Below are positions 25,219 to 33,284 of a stretch of DNA of 49,645 nucleotides, one piece after another. The translations under genes were made by a program, and so were the position numbers. The notes beneath the pieces were generated by a model that did no database searches, was not told the DNA's origin, and worked only from the letters and a program-made list of their open reading frames with translations. The DNA comes from an uncultured Solibacteraceae bacterium (GTDB taxonomy: Bacteria > Acidobacteriota > Vicinamibacteria > Vicinamibacterales > SCN-69-37): NCBI GenBank assembly GCA_964343975.1, contig CAYFLU010000005.1, forward strand, positions 1 through 49,645. The letters are read 5' to 3'. The first letter of the stretch is position 1; each line of letters starts with the position of its first letter.

Positions 25219-27557
25219 CACCGATCCGCATTCTCGTGGTCGAAGACGAAGGCATCGTCGCAACCGACATCCAGCGGCAACTCGAGCGGTTGGGCTACGC
25301 CGTCTGCGGCGTGGCGTCGTCCGGTGAAGAGGCGGTGGACATCGCGACGGCCGCGCAGCCGAACCTCGTCGTGATGGACATTCACCTGGCCGGCGCCATG
25401 GACGGCATCGCGGCCGCCACGCTCCTCCGCCAGCGGTACGACATCCCGAGCGTGTTCCTCACGGCCTACGCGACTGACGATGTCGTGGAGCGCGCGAAGG
25501 ATGCGGCTCCGCTCGGCTATCTCATCAAGCCGTTCGATGAGCACAGCCTGCGGACGACGATCGAAATCGCGTTGCACAAGCATCAGCTCAACTCGCGCCT
25601 GCGCCAGAGCGAGGCGCGGTACCGCGCGGTGATCCAGTCGGCGCACGACGCGGTAATCACCGCGGACCACCATGGCGCGATCGTCGGCTGGAGCCCTGCG
25701 GCGGCGCAGATCTTCGGCTACAGCGAAGCCGAGGTCCTCGGCCAGCCGATCGGCCTGTTGATGCCACCGCCGTTCCGGGCCCTGCATGGGCCGGCGCTCG
25801 CGTCGGCGGATGACCGCGAGTCCACGTTCTCACGGGTACGCGAAGTGGATGCGGTACGGCGTGACGGATCCACGTTCCCGGCCGAGCTCACGCTCGCCCG
25901 CTGGGCGACCGACGAGGGGCACTTCGTCACCGCGTTCCTGAGGGATGTCACGCTGCGCAAACAGTCGGAGGCGACGCTCCGCCTGCAAGCGGCGGCGCTC
26001 AATGCCGCGGCCAACGCGATCGTGATCACCGACCGCGATGGCACGATCGAATGGGTGAATCCGGCCTTCACGCAGGCCACCGGCTACCCTGCGGCCGAAG
26101 CGATCGGCAAGAATCCGCGCGACCTCGTGAAGTCGGGCGTGCACCCGGCGGCGCTCTACGAAGAGATGTGGCACACGCTCACGGCCGGCCGCGTCTGGGT
26201 CGGCGAGCTGACCAATCGCCGCAAGGATGGCTCGCTCTACGTCGAGGAGCAAACGATCACGCCCGTGCCCGACGCCGACGGACACCTCACCCACTTCATC
26301 GGCGTGAAGCGCGACCTGACCGAACAGAAGCGCTTGCAGGAGCAGTTCCTGCAGGCGCAGAAGATGGAGGTCGTCGGCCGGCTCGCCGGCGGCATCGCGC
26401 ATGACTTCAACAACCTGCTGACGGTCATCAACGGCCGCACGGATCTCGCGCTCGAACTCCTTGCGCCGAACGACACGATCCGCGAGGAGTTCGAGGAGAT
26501 TCGCGAAGCCGGCGAACGGGCGGCGCGCCTGACGAAGCAACTGCTCGCCTTCAGCCGCAAGCATGTCGTGCAGCCGATGCCGCTCAACGTCAGTGCGGCC
26601 GTCTCCGGCGCGGCGCAGATGCTGCGGCGCCTGATCGGCGAAGACATCAATCTGTCGATCAACGCGCCGGGCGGCCCGGCGATCGACAACGTGATCGCCG
26701 ATCGCGGGCAATTCGAGCAGATCCTGCTCAATCTCGCGGTGAACGCCCGCGACGCGATGCCGACGGGCGGCCAGCTCACGATCGACGTGGCCAATGTCGA
26801 CCTCGACAGCGCGTTTGCGATCGCACATCCGGGTGTGAGCGCCGGCCCGCATGTGCGCCTCTCGGTCACCGACAGCGGGTGCGGCATGCCCCCCGACGTC
26901 CTCTCGCGCATCTTCGAACCGTTCTTCACGACAAAGGGCCACGGCGCCGGCACCGGCCTCGGTCTCGCCACCTTCCACAGCATCGTCACGCAGCATCACG
27001 GCGCGGTGACGGTTGAGAGCACGCCCGGGCAGGGCACGGCATTTCACGTGGTGCTCCCTCGCGTCGAGTTGCCAGCGGTCAATAAACGCGGGCACGACCA
27101 GCCGCTGCGCGGCACGGAGACGATTCTCGTGGCCGAAGACGAGCGCTCGCTCCGTGAGCTCACGGTGAAGATGCTGCGCTCGGTCGGCTACACGGCGATT
27201 CCAGCGGAGAACGGCCCGATTGCGCTCGCCGCCGCCCGGTCGTCCGACGCGCACATCGACGTGCTGCTGACCGACGTCGTGATGCCGGGCATGAGCGGTC
27301 CGGAACTGGCCGCCGCGCTCGAAAGCACGCATCCGCACGTCCGCGTGCTCTTCATGTCGGGCTACACCGACGACAAGCTGTCCCTGAAGCCGTCCGAGAC
27401 CAACCGGTTTCTGCCGAAACCGTTCACGCTCAGCGACCTCACGCGCGCCATCCGCAAGTTGCTCGCCGGAGCCGCCGAAGCCGCCGGCACACGGCGAACA
27501 TTGACGCGCCGCGCTTGGCGCGCGTACGCCGGTTCGGTACACTCTGACGATGGCTGA
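25215..27557 (+). CDS. Hybrid histidine kinase: REC, PAS, PAS, HisKA, HATPase_c, REC
   Basis: N-terminal receiver [10 protein letters not shown]...VVMDIHL...KP. H-box [16 protein letters not shown]1 and G2 boxes [26 protein letters not shown]-terminal receiver ILVAEDE...[12 protein letters not shown]...KPF. The GTG start overlaps the upstream stop (GTGA). Confidence 0.88.
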   Translation: MTPIRILVVEDEGIVATDIQRQLERLGYAVCGVASSGEEAVDIATAAQPNLVVMDIHLAGAMDGIAAATLLRQRYDIPSVFLTAYATDDVVERAKDAAPLGYLIKPFDEHSLRTTIEIALHKHQLNSRLRQSEARYRAVIQSAHDAVITADHHGAIVGWSPAAAQIFGYSEAEVLGQPIGLLMPPPFRALHGPALASADDRESTFSRVREVDAVRRDGSTFPAELTLARWATDEGHFVTAFLRDVTLRKQSEATLRLQAAALNAAANAIVITDRDGTIEWVNPAFTQATGYPAAEAIGKNPRDLVKSGVHPAALYEEMWHTLTAGRVWVGELTNRRKDGSLYVEEQTITPVPDADGHLTHFIGVKRDLTEQKRLQEQFLQAQKMEVVGRLAGGIAHDFNNLLTVINGRTDLALELLAPNDTIREEFEEIREAGERAARLTKQLLAFSRKHVVQPMPLNVSAAVSGAAQMLRRLIGEDINLSINAPGGPAIDNVIADRGQFEQILLNLAVNARDAMPTGGQLTIDVANVDLDSAFAIAHPGVSAGPHVRLSVTDSGCGMPPDVLSRIFEPFFTTKGHGAGTGLGLATFHSIVTQHHGAVTVESTPGQGTAFHVVLPRVELPAVNKRGHDQPLRGTETILVAEDERSLRELTVKMLRSVGYTAIPAENGPIALAAARSSDAHIDVLLTDVVMPGMSGPELAAALESTHPHVRVLFMSGYTDDKLSLKPSETNRFLPKPFTLSDLTRAIRKLLAGAAEAAGTRRTLTRRAWRAYAGSVHSDDG

Positions 27558-28545
27558 CGTCCCCTCGCAGGTCACCGAGTACCTCGCCCGCACGCATGTC
27601 GCGGCGCCGCGCATCGTGCCGCTCACCGGCGATGCGTCGGACCGGCGGTACTTCCGGATCATCCCGACGAGTGGCGCGCCGTTCGTCATCGGCCTCAACG
27701 CCCAGCCCTTCGACTACAACACGCTGCCGTTCGTGAATGTCGCAACGCTCCTCGCGGCGATGCCGGTGCCGATTCCGGCGATCCTCGGCCATGCCGGCGA
27801 CCTCGGCATCCTTGCGCTGCAGGACCTCGGCGACGTCACGCTGCAGGCCCACCTCGGCGCCGCGTCCCCGAAAGCGCACGCGGCCCTCTATCGGCAGGCC
27901 GTGTGGTTCATCCATACCCTGCAGCGGCGCGGCGCAGACCTGCGCGACGAGAAGTTCATCCCGTACACGATCGCGTTCGACGTCGAGAAGCTGATGTGGG
28001 AGATGGACTTCTTCATCAAGCACTTCCTCGAGGCCTATCGCGGCGTGCGATTTGCGCCGGCGGACCGCGAGGCGGTGCGCGCCGAACTCGGGCAGATGGT
28101 CACGGAACTGGCCGGTGAACCGCGCGTGCTGTGCCATCGCGACTATCACAGCCGGAACCTGATGATGCGCGGCGAGCAGTTGTTCATCATCGACTTCCAG
28201 GACGCGCGGATGGGGCCCGACACCTACGACCTCGCGTCGCTCCTGCGCGACTCCTACATGGACCTCACCGACGATGCGGTCGACGAGCTGTTGGCGTACT
28301 ACCTGGCGCTGCAGGGCCGGTCGCAGGACGCGGCCGCCTTCCGCGTGCGGTTCGACCTGATGGCGCTCCAGCGGAACATGAAGGCGCTCGGCACGTTCGG
28401 CTACCAGACGACGACGCGCCAGAATCCGGTGTACATCCAGTACATGCCGCGCACTCTGCGCTACGCCCGCGAGACGTTGGTCAAGTATCCGCGCTTCGCC
28501 CGGCTGCGCGGCCTCCTCGCCACGTACCTCGAGGAGTTCCGGTAG
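27550..28545 (+). CDS. Aminoglycoside-phosphotransferase-fold kinase, COG3178-like (AmgK-like anomeric sugar kinase candidate)
   Basis: Contains LCHRDYHSRNLMMRGEQLFIIDFQDARMGPDTYDLASLL (Brenner catalytic motif plus DFQ metal site) and SDRRYFRI near the N-terminus. It overlaps the upstream kinase gene by 8 nt. Confidence 0.7.
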   Translation: MADVPSQVTEYLARTHVAAPRIVPLTGDASDRRYFRIIPTSGAPFVIGLNAQPFDYNTLPFVNVATLLAAMPVPIPAILGHAGDLGILALQDLGDVTLQAHLGAASPKAHAALYRQAVWFIHTLQRRGADLRDEKFIPYTIAFDVEKLMWEMDFFIKHFLEAYRGVRFAPADREAVRAELGQMVTELAGEPRVLCHRDYHSRNLMMRGEQLFIIDFQDARMGPDTYDLASLLRDSYMDLTDDAVDELLAYYLALQGRSQDAAAFRVRFDLMALQRNMKALGTFGYQTTTRQNPVYIQYMPRTLRYARETLVKYPRFARLRGLLATYLEEFR

Positions 28546-28554
28546 AATCAGCGG

Positions 28555-29847
28555 ATGCACGTCTACATCGAGGACATCGCCAAGTACGACGGCCAGACGG
28601 TCACCATCAAAGGCTGGCTGCATAACCGACGCTCGAGCGGCAAGCTGCACTTCCTGCAGGTCCGCGATGGCTCGGGCTTCATCCAGGCCGTGATGTCCAA
28701 GGCCGCCGTCGGTGACGAGGTGTTCACCAAGGCGGATCACCTGTCGCAGGAAAGCGCCATCGTCGTGCACGGCACGGTGAAGGCCGATACCCGCTCCAAG
28801 ACGGGGTACGAACTCGATTGCACCGGTCTGGAAGTGGTGAGCGAAGCGCACGACTTCCCCATCACGCCGAAAGAACACGGCGTCGACTTCCTGATGGACC
28901 GGCGCCACCTCTGGATCCGGTCCCAGCGCCAGCAGGCCATCCTGCGCATCCGCCACGAAGTGATCGACGCGGTGCGCGACTACTTCAACAGCCGCGGTTT
29001 CATCCTCGCCGACACGCCGATCTTCACACCGGCCGCCTGCGAAGGCACGACGACGCTCTTCCCGGTGCAGTATTTCGAAGAGAACACGGCCTACCTCACG
29101 CAGAGCGGCCAGCTCTACAACGAAGCCAACGCGATGGCCTTGGGCCGCACGTACTGCTTCGGGCCGACGTTCCGCGCCGAGAAGTCGAAGACCCGCCGGC
29201 ACCTCACCGAGTTCTGGATGGTCGAGCCGGAAATGGCCTACGCCGACCTGAACGACGTCATCGAGCTGGCGCAGGGCCTCGTGGTGTCGGTGATCGCGCG
29301 CGTGCTCGAGAAGCGCCAGCGCGAACTGCAGATCCTCGAGCGTGACACCACGAAGCTGGCCGCCATCAAGGCGCCGTTCGCGCGGATCACGTACGACGAC
29401 GCGGTGAAGCTCCTCAAGGAAAAGGGCCTGCCCTTCGAATGGGGCGGCGACTTCGGCAGCCCGGACGAAACGGCGTTGTCCGAGCACTTCAACGGCCCGG
29501 TGTGCGTCACGGGTTACCCGACGGCCATCAAGGCGTTCTACTTCAAGACCAAGGACGAGCGCCCGGAAGTGTCCGAGTCGGTCGACATCCTCGCGCCCGA
29601 AGGCTACGGCGAGATCATCGGCGGCGGCCAGCGTCTCGAAGACTACGACACGCTTCTGAAGCGCATCGAAGAGCACAACCTGCCGAAGGAAGCGTTCGAG
29701 TGGTATCTCGACCTGCGCCGCTACGGCGGCGTGCCGCACGGCGGCTTCGGCATGGGCATCGAGCGCGTCGTGAGCTGGATCTGCGGCCTCGATCACCTGC
29801 GTGAGGCCATCCCGTACCCGCGCATGCTGTATCGGCTCACTCCGTAG
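28555..29847 (+). CDS. asnS: Asparagine--tRNA ligase (class IIb, ~430-aa form)
   Basis: Contains an N-terminal OB-fold ([25 protein letters not shown]), motif 2 [28 protein letters not shown], and motif 3 [11 protein letters not shown]. Confidence 0.88.
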   Translation: MHVYIEDIAKYDGQTVTIKGWLHNRRSSGKLHFLQVRDGSGFIQAVMSKAAVGDEVFTKADHLSQESAIVVHGTVKADTRSKTGYELDCTGLEVVSEAHDFPITPKEHGVDFLMDRRHLWIRSQRQQAILRIRHEVIDAVRDYFNSRGFILADTPIFTPAACEGTTTLFPVQYFEENTAYLTQSGQLYNEANAMALGRTYCFGPTFRAEKSKTRRHLTEFWMVEPEMAYADLNDVIELAQGLVVSVIARVLEKRQRELQILERDTTKLAAIKAPFARITYDDAVKLLKEKGLPFEWGGDFGSPDETALSEHFNGPVCVTGYPTAIKAFYFKTKDERPEVSESVDILAPEGYGEIIGGGQRLEDYDTLLKRIEEHNLPKEAFEWYLDLRRYGGVPHGGFGMGIERVVSWICGLDHLREAIPYPRMLYRLTP

Positions 29848-29849
29848 AG

Positions 29850-29969
29850 CCAACACGGAGGCACGGAGACACGGAGGAACCCCAATCTTGGGCAAACCTT
29901 CATGCACGCAGCCATGAGGGTTTCCCCAAATCCGGTTTGGATCTTCTCCGTGTCTCCATGCCTCCGTGG
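29850..29969. repeat. Inverted pair of the same ~47-bp CACGGAG-triplet units seen at 14357-14711
   Basis: The forward unit is at 29850-29897 (CAACACGGAGGCACGGAGACACGGAGGAACCCCAATCTTGGGCAAACC). The reverse unit is at 29919-29969 (reverse complement CCACGGAGGCATGGAGACACGGAGAAGATCCAAACCGGATTTGGGGAAACC). The pair sits between the asnS stop and the rimO start. Confidence 0.85.
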
Positions 29970-29987
29970 TAGGTTTGTCTTGACCTC

Positions 29988-31397
29988 ATGAAGATCGGTT
30001 TTGTCTCCCTCGGCTGTCCGAAGAACCTCGTCGACGGCGAAGTGATGCTCGGCATGGCCCGCGACGCGGGTCATACGATCACCGCGGATGCCGACGATGC
30101 GGACGTGCTCGTCGTGAACACGTGCGCGTTCATCGACAACGCCAAGGAAGAATCGGTCGACGCCATTCTGGAAATGGCGCAGCTCAAGCGCGACGGCAAG
30201 GCGAAGAAGCTGATCGTGACCGGCTGCCTCGCCGAGCGCTACCGCGAGCAGCTCAAGAAGGAAATCCCCGAGATCGACGCGTGCCTCGGCACCGGCGACG
30301 TGCCCGAGATCGTCAACGCGATCAAAGGCAAGGCCACGCCGGTGCGGCTCTTCAAATCGAGAAAAGACGCCGAAGGCCACCGCGAACCCGGGACCGGGGA
30401 CCCGGGACCCGGGACGACGCCCGTTCACCCCGGCGCCGGCATCACCTATCTCTACGGCGCCGAGACGCCGCGCGTCCGGACGACGCCGAAGCACTTTGCC
30501 TACGTGAAGATCGCGGAAGGCTGCGACTACACGTGCGCGTTCTGCATCATCCCGACGCTGCGCGGCGAGTATCGCAGCCGCGACGTCGACTCGATCGTGC
30601 GTGAGGCCGAGCAGCTCGCAGCACAGGGCGTGAAGGAAGTGCTGCTGATCTCGCAGGACTCGAGCTTCTTCGGCATCGACCGGAAGGAGAAGGACGCGCT
30701 CGCAACGCTGCTCCGTCGGCTGAACGCGGTCGACGGCCTGTCGTGGATCCGCATCCTCTACCTCTACCCCACGACGATCACCGACGCCGTGCTCCATGCC
30801 GTGGCCGAGTGCGCGAAGGTCTGCAAGTACATCGACCTGCCGCTTCAGCACGCCTCGGCGGAGGTGCTGCGACGGATGCGCCGCCCGGGCAACCGCGAGA
30901 CCTACGACAAGCTGCTCGCCCGGATCCGCGCCACCGTGCCCGATGTCACGCTCCGGACGACGTTCATCGTCGGCTTCCCCGGCGAGACCGAACAGGACTT
31001 CGAGGCGCTGTGTGACTTCGTGAAGGCCACGGGCTTCGACCACGTGGGGGTATTCACGTACTCCCACGAAGAAGACACCCGCGCCTACGCCTTCGAGGAT
31101 GACGTCCCGGCCGAGGTGAAGGCGGATCGCCGGAACCGGCTGATGGCGCTCCAGAAGTCCTTGGTCGCCAAGAAGATGCGCGCGATGAAGGGCCGGACGG
31201 TGCGCGTGATGGTCGACGGCCCCTCCCCCGACATGCCGCTCGTGCTCCAGGGCCGGCTCGAAGGCCAGGCGCCCGACATCGACGCCGTCGTGTATCTCGA
31301 CGAGGGCGATCCCGAGGCCGTCCAGCCCGGCCAGATCGTGGAAGCCCGGGTCACCGGCGCCAAAGACTACGATCTGGTGGCGTCCCTTCTGATATAG
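29988..31397 (+). CDS. rimO: Ribosomal protein S12 methylthiotransferase
   Basis: Contains the MTTase N-domain (MKIGFVSLGCPKNLVDGEVM...NTCAFI...TGCL), the radical SAM motif GCDYTCAFCIIP, and a C-terminal TRAM domain (GRTVRVMVDG...VEARVTGAKDYDLV). Confidence 0.9.
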   Translation: MKIGFVSLGCPKNLVDGEVMLGMARDAGHTITADADDADVLVVNTCAFIDNAKEESVDAILEMAQLKRDGKAKKLIVTGCLAERYREQLKKEIPEIDACLGTGDVPEIVNAIKGKATPVRLFKSRKDAEGHREPGTGDPGPGTTPVHPGAGITYLYGAETPRVRTTPKHFAYVKIAEGCDYTCAFCIIPTLRGEYRSRDVDSIVREAEQLAAQGVKEVLLISQDSSFFGIDRKEKDALATLLRRLNAVDGLSWIRILYLYPTTITDAVLHAVAECAKVCKYIDLPLQHASAEVLRRMRRPGNRETYDKLLARIRATVPDVTLRTTFIVGFPGETEQDFEALCDFVKATGFDHVGVFTYSHEEDTRAYAFEDDVPAEVKADRRNRLMALQKSLVAKKMRAMKGRTVRVMVDGPSPDMPLVLQGRLEGQAPDIDAVVYLDEGDPEAVQPGQIVEARVTGAKDYDLVASLLI

Positions 31398-31439
31398 TTA
31401 ACGTCGTTAGCAAGGCACTGAACGGGAAGTGAGTGGATA

Positions 31440-31467
31440 GTGGGCCCGTGCCCACTTTTTGTTTTTT
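31440..31467 (+). terminator. Rho-independent terminator after rimO
   Basis: gtgggc-ccgt-gcccac is followed by tttttgtttttt. Confidence 0.8.
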
Positions 31468-31506
31468 AGGGGCCTGTTTTTCGTGACTTCCGCGCGCGAC
31501 ACGGCA

Positions 31507-31995
31507 ATGGATGAACTCCGGGCGATGGCGGCCCGCGTGGCGGCAAGCTATGGCCTCGAGGTCTTCGACCTCTCTTTTCGGCGCGAGTCGAGTGGCTGGG
31601 TGCTGCGATTGATGCTCGATCGCGTGGTCCCCGGTGCGCCGGAGGCCGAAGGGGTCGGCATCGAAGATTGCCAGCGGGTGTCGAAAGACCTGAGTGCCCT
31701 GCTGGATGTGGAAGACGAACGGTTCGGGCCCGTGCTGGGCCAGAAATATACCCTCGAGGTCTCGTCACCGGGCCTCGACCGGCCGCTCCGGCTCGAGCGC
31801 GGCGCAGAGGACTTCCGCCGCTTCGAAGGACGGTTGGCGAAGGTGGTGACGCGGGAACCGGTGAACGGCCAGTCGGCGTTTGCCGGCCGGCTCGCGGGGA
31901 TCGAGAACGGCCAAGTGCTGATGGTCGAGGGCAAGCGTACGCATCGCGTGCCGCTCACGGTGATCAGCCGGGCCAAACTGGACGTGGAGTTCTAA
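31507..31995 (+). CDS. rimP: Ribosome maturation factor RimP
   Basis: Starts MDELRAMAARVAASYGLEVFDLSFRRESSGWVLRLMLD and contains LEVSSPGLDRPL. It sits immediately upstream of nusA. The track ORF 31459 start was trimmed because it runs through the rimO terminator. Confidence 0.85.
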   Translation: MDELRAMAARVAASYGLEVFDLSFRRESSGWVLRLMLDRVVPGAPEAEGVGIEDCQRVSKDLSALLDVEDERFGPVLGQKYTLEVSSPGLDRPLRLERGAEDFRRFEGRLAKVVTREPVNGQSAFAGRLAGIENGQVLMVEGKRTHRVPLTVISRAKLDVEF

Positions 31996-31998
31996 CCA

Positions 31999-33276
31999 AT
32001 GGCAACCGAACTGCAGCAGATGATCGACGTGGTGGCGAAGGACAAGGGCATCGACCCGTCCATCGTGATTGGCGCCATCGAGGACGCCTACCTCGCGGCG
32101 GCGCGCAAGGTCTTCAAGACCGACGAAGACATGCGCACGCGCTTCAACACGGACACGGGCCAGGTCGAGCTCTACGCCGTCAAGCAGATCACCGAGGAAG
32201 TGACCGAGCCGGGCAAGCAGATCTCGCTCGCCGAAGCGCAGCAGCTCTACGGTGAGGAAGCCGAAGCGGGAATGGAAATCGAGTTCCCGAAGGAAACCGA
32301 GCGACTCGGCCGCATCGCGGCGCAGACGGCCAAGCAGGTCATCGCGCAGCGCGTGCGTGAAGCCGAGCGCGAGAAGATCCACGGCGAATACAGCGAGCGC
32401 GTCGGCGAAGTGGTCAACGCCCTCGTCAAGCGGTTCGAGAGCGGCGACATCATCGTGGAAATCGGCCGCATCGAAGCGCAGATCCCCCGCCGCGAGCAGT
32501 CGCGCGCCGAGAACTACGCGATCGGCGACCGCGTGCGCGCCGTGATCAAGGGCGTCAGCAAGAACGCGAAGGGCCCGCAGGTCATCCTCTCCCGCACCGA
32601 TCCGGCATTGCTCGTGAAGCTGTTCGAGCAGGAAGTGCCCGAAATCTACGACGGCAGCGTGCAGATCCGCGGCGCGGTGCGTGAAGCGGGCGACCGCGCG
32701 AAGGTCGCGGTGTATTCGCGCGACCGCGACATCGATCCGGTCGGCGCGTGCGTCGGCATGCGCGGCACGCGCGTGCAGGCGATCATCCGCGAACTGCGCG
32801 GCGAGAAGATCGACATCGTCGAGTGGTCGGAGGATGCGGTCACCTACGTGACGAAGGCGCTCTCCCCCGCCAAGGTGCAGCGCGTGTCGATCGTCGACGA
32901 AGCGGAGCACGTGATGGAAGTGATGGTCGAAGACCGCCAGCTCTCGCTCGCGATCGGCAAGAAGGGCCAGAACGTCCGGCTCGCTGCGAAGCTCACGGGC
33001 TGGAAGATCGACATCAAGAGCGACGAAGAGAAGCGCAAGGAAGTCGAAGCGCAGCTCGAGGGCCTCAACTTCGGCTCGGCGGAAGAAGCCGCGCCGGTGT
33101 TGACGCTGCCCGACATCCACGACGAAGTCGTGGGCGCGCTGCGTCAGGCCGGGTACCAGACGGCCGGCCAGATCCTCGACGCAGGCGCCGATGCGCTCCT
33201 GCAGATCGAGGGCTTTGATCAGGAAACGGCTGACGCGGTGCTCGCGTCGGCTCAGCAGGTGCAGCAAGGCAACTAG
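31999..33276 (+). CDS. nusA: Transcription termination/antitermination factor NusA
   Basis: Contains the S1 and KH regions (GDIIVEIGRIEAQIPRREQ, DPVGACVGMRGTRVQAIIRELRGEKIDIVEWS, LAIGKKGQNVRLAAKLTGWKIDIKS). Confidence 0.95.
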   Translation: MATELQQMIDVVAKDKGIDPSIVIGAIEDAYLAAARKVFKTDEDMRTRFNTDTGQVELYAVKQITEEVTEPGKQISLAEAQQLYGEEAEAGMEIEFPKETERLGRIAAQTAKQVIAQRVREAEREKIHGEYSERVGEVVNALVKRFESGDIIVEIGRIEAQIPRREQSRAENYAIGDRVRAVIKGVSKNAKGPQVILSRTDPALLVKLFEQEVPEIYDGSVQIRGAVREAGDRAKVAVYSRDRDIDPVGACVGMRGTRVQAIIRELRGEKIDIVEWSEDAVTYVTKALSPAKVQRVSIVDEAEHVMEVMVEDRQLSLAIGKKGQNVRLAAKLTGWKIDIKSDEEKRKEVEAQLEGLNFGSAEEAAPVLTLPDIHDEVVGALRQAGYQTAGQILDAGADALLQIEGFDQETADAVLASAQQVQQGN

Positions 33277-33284
33277 GAGTTCAC

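Noticed and set aside
22699-25263. 854-aa ORF on the minus strand
   Set aside because: It is a shadow ORF opposite the PAS/GAF/HisKA_2 sensor kinase gene, with no motifs and biased composition.
25830-27698. 622-aa ORF on the minus strand
   Set aside because: It is a shadow ORF opposite the hybrid histidine kinase gene, whose H, N, G1 and G2 boxes and two receiver domains are unambiguous on the plus strand.
27439-29907. 822-aa ORF on the minus strand
   Set aside because: It is a shadow ORF spanning the AmgK-like and asnS genes and running into the repeat element. Its composition is Arg/Val/Ala/His-rich.
30385-30417. CCCGGGAC repeats shared with the hairpin at 3649-3670, considered as a dispersed repeat family
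   Set aside because: There are only two loci, and one is in frame inside rimO. The shared word is 8-9 nt of pure GC-rich sequence, which is plausibly coincidental in this genome.
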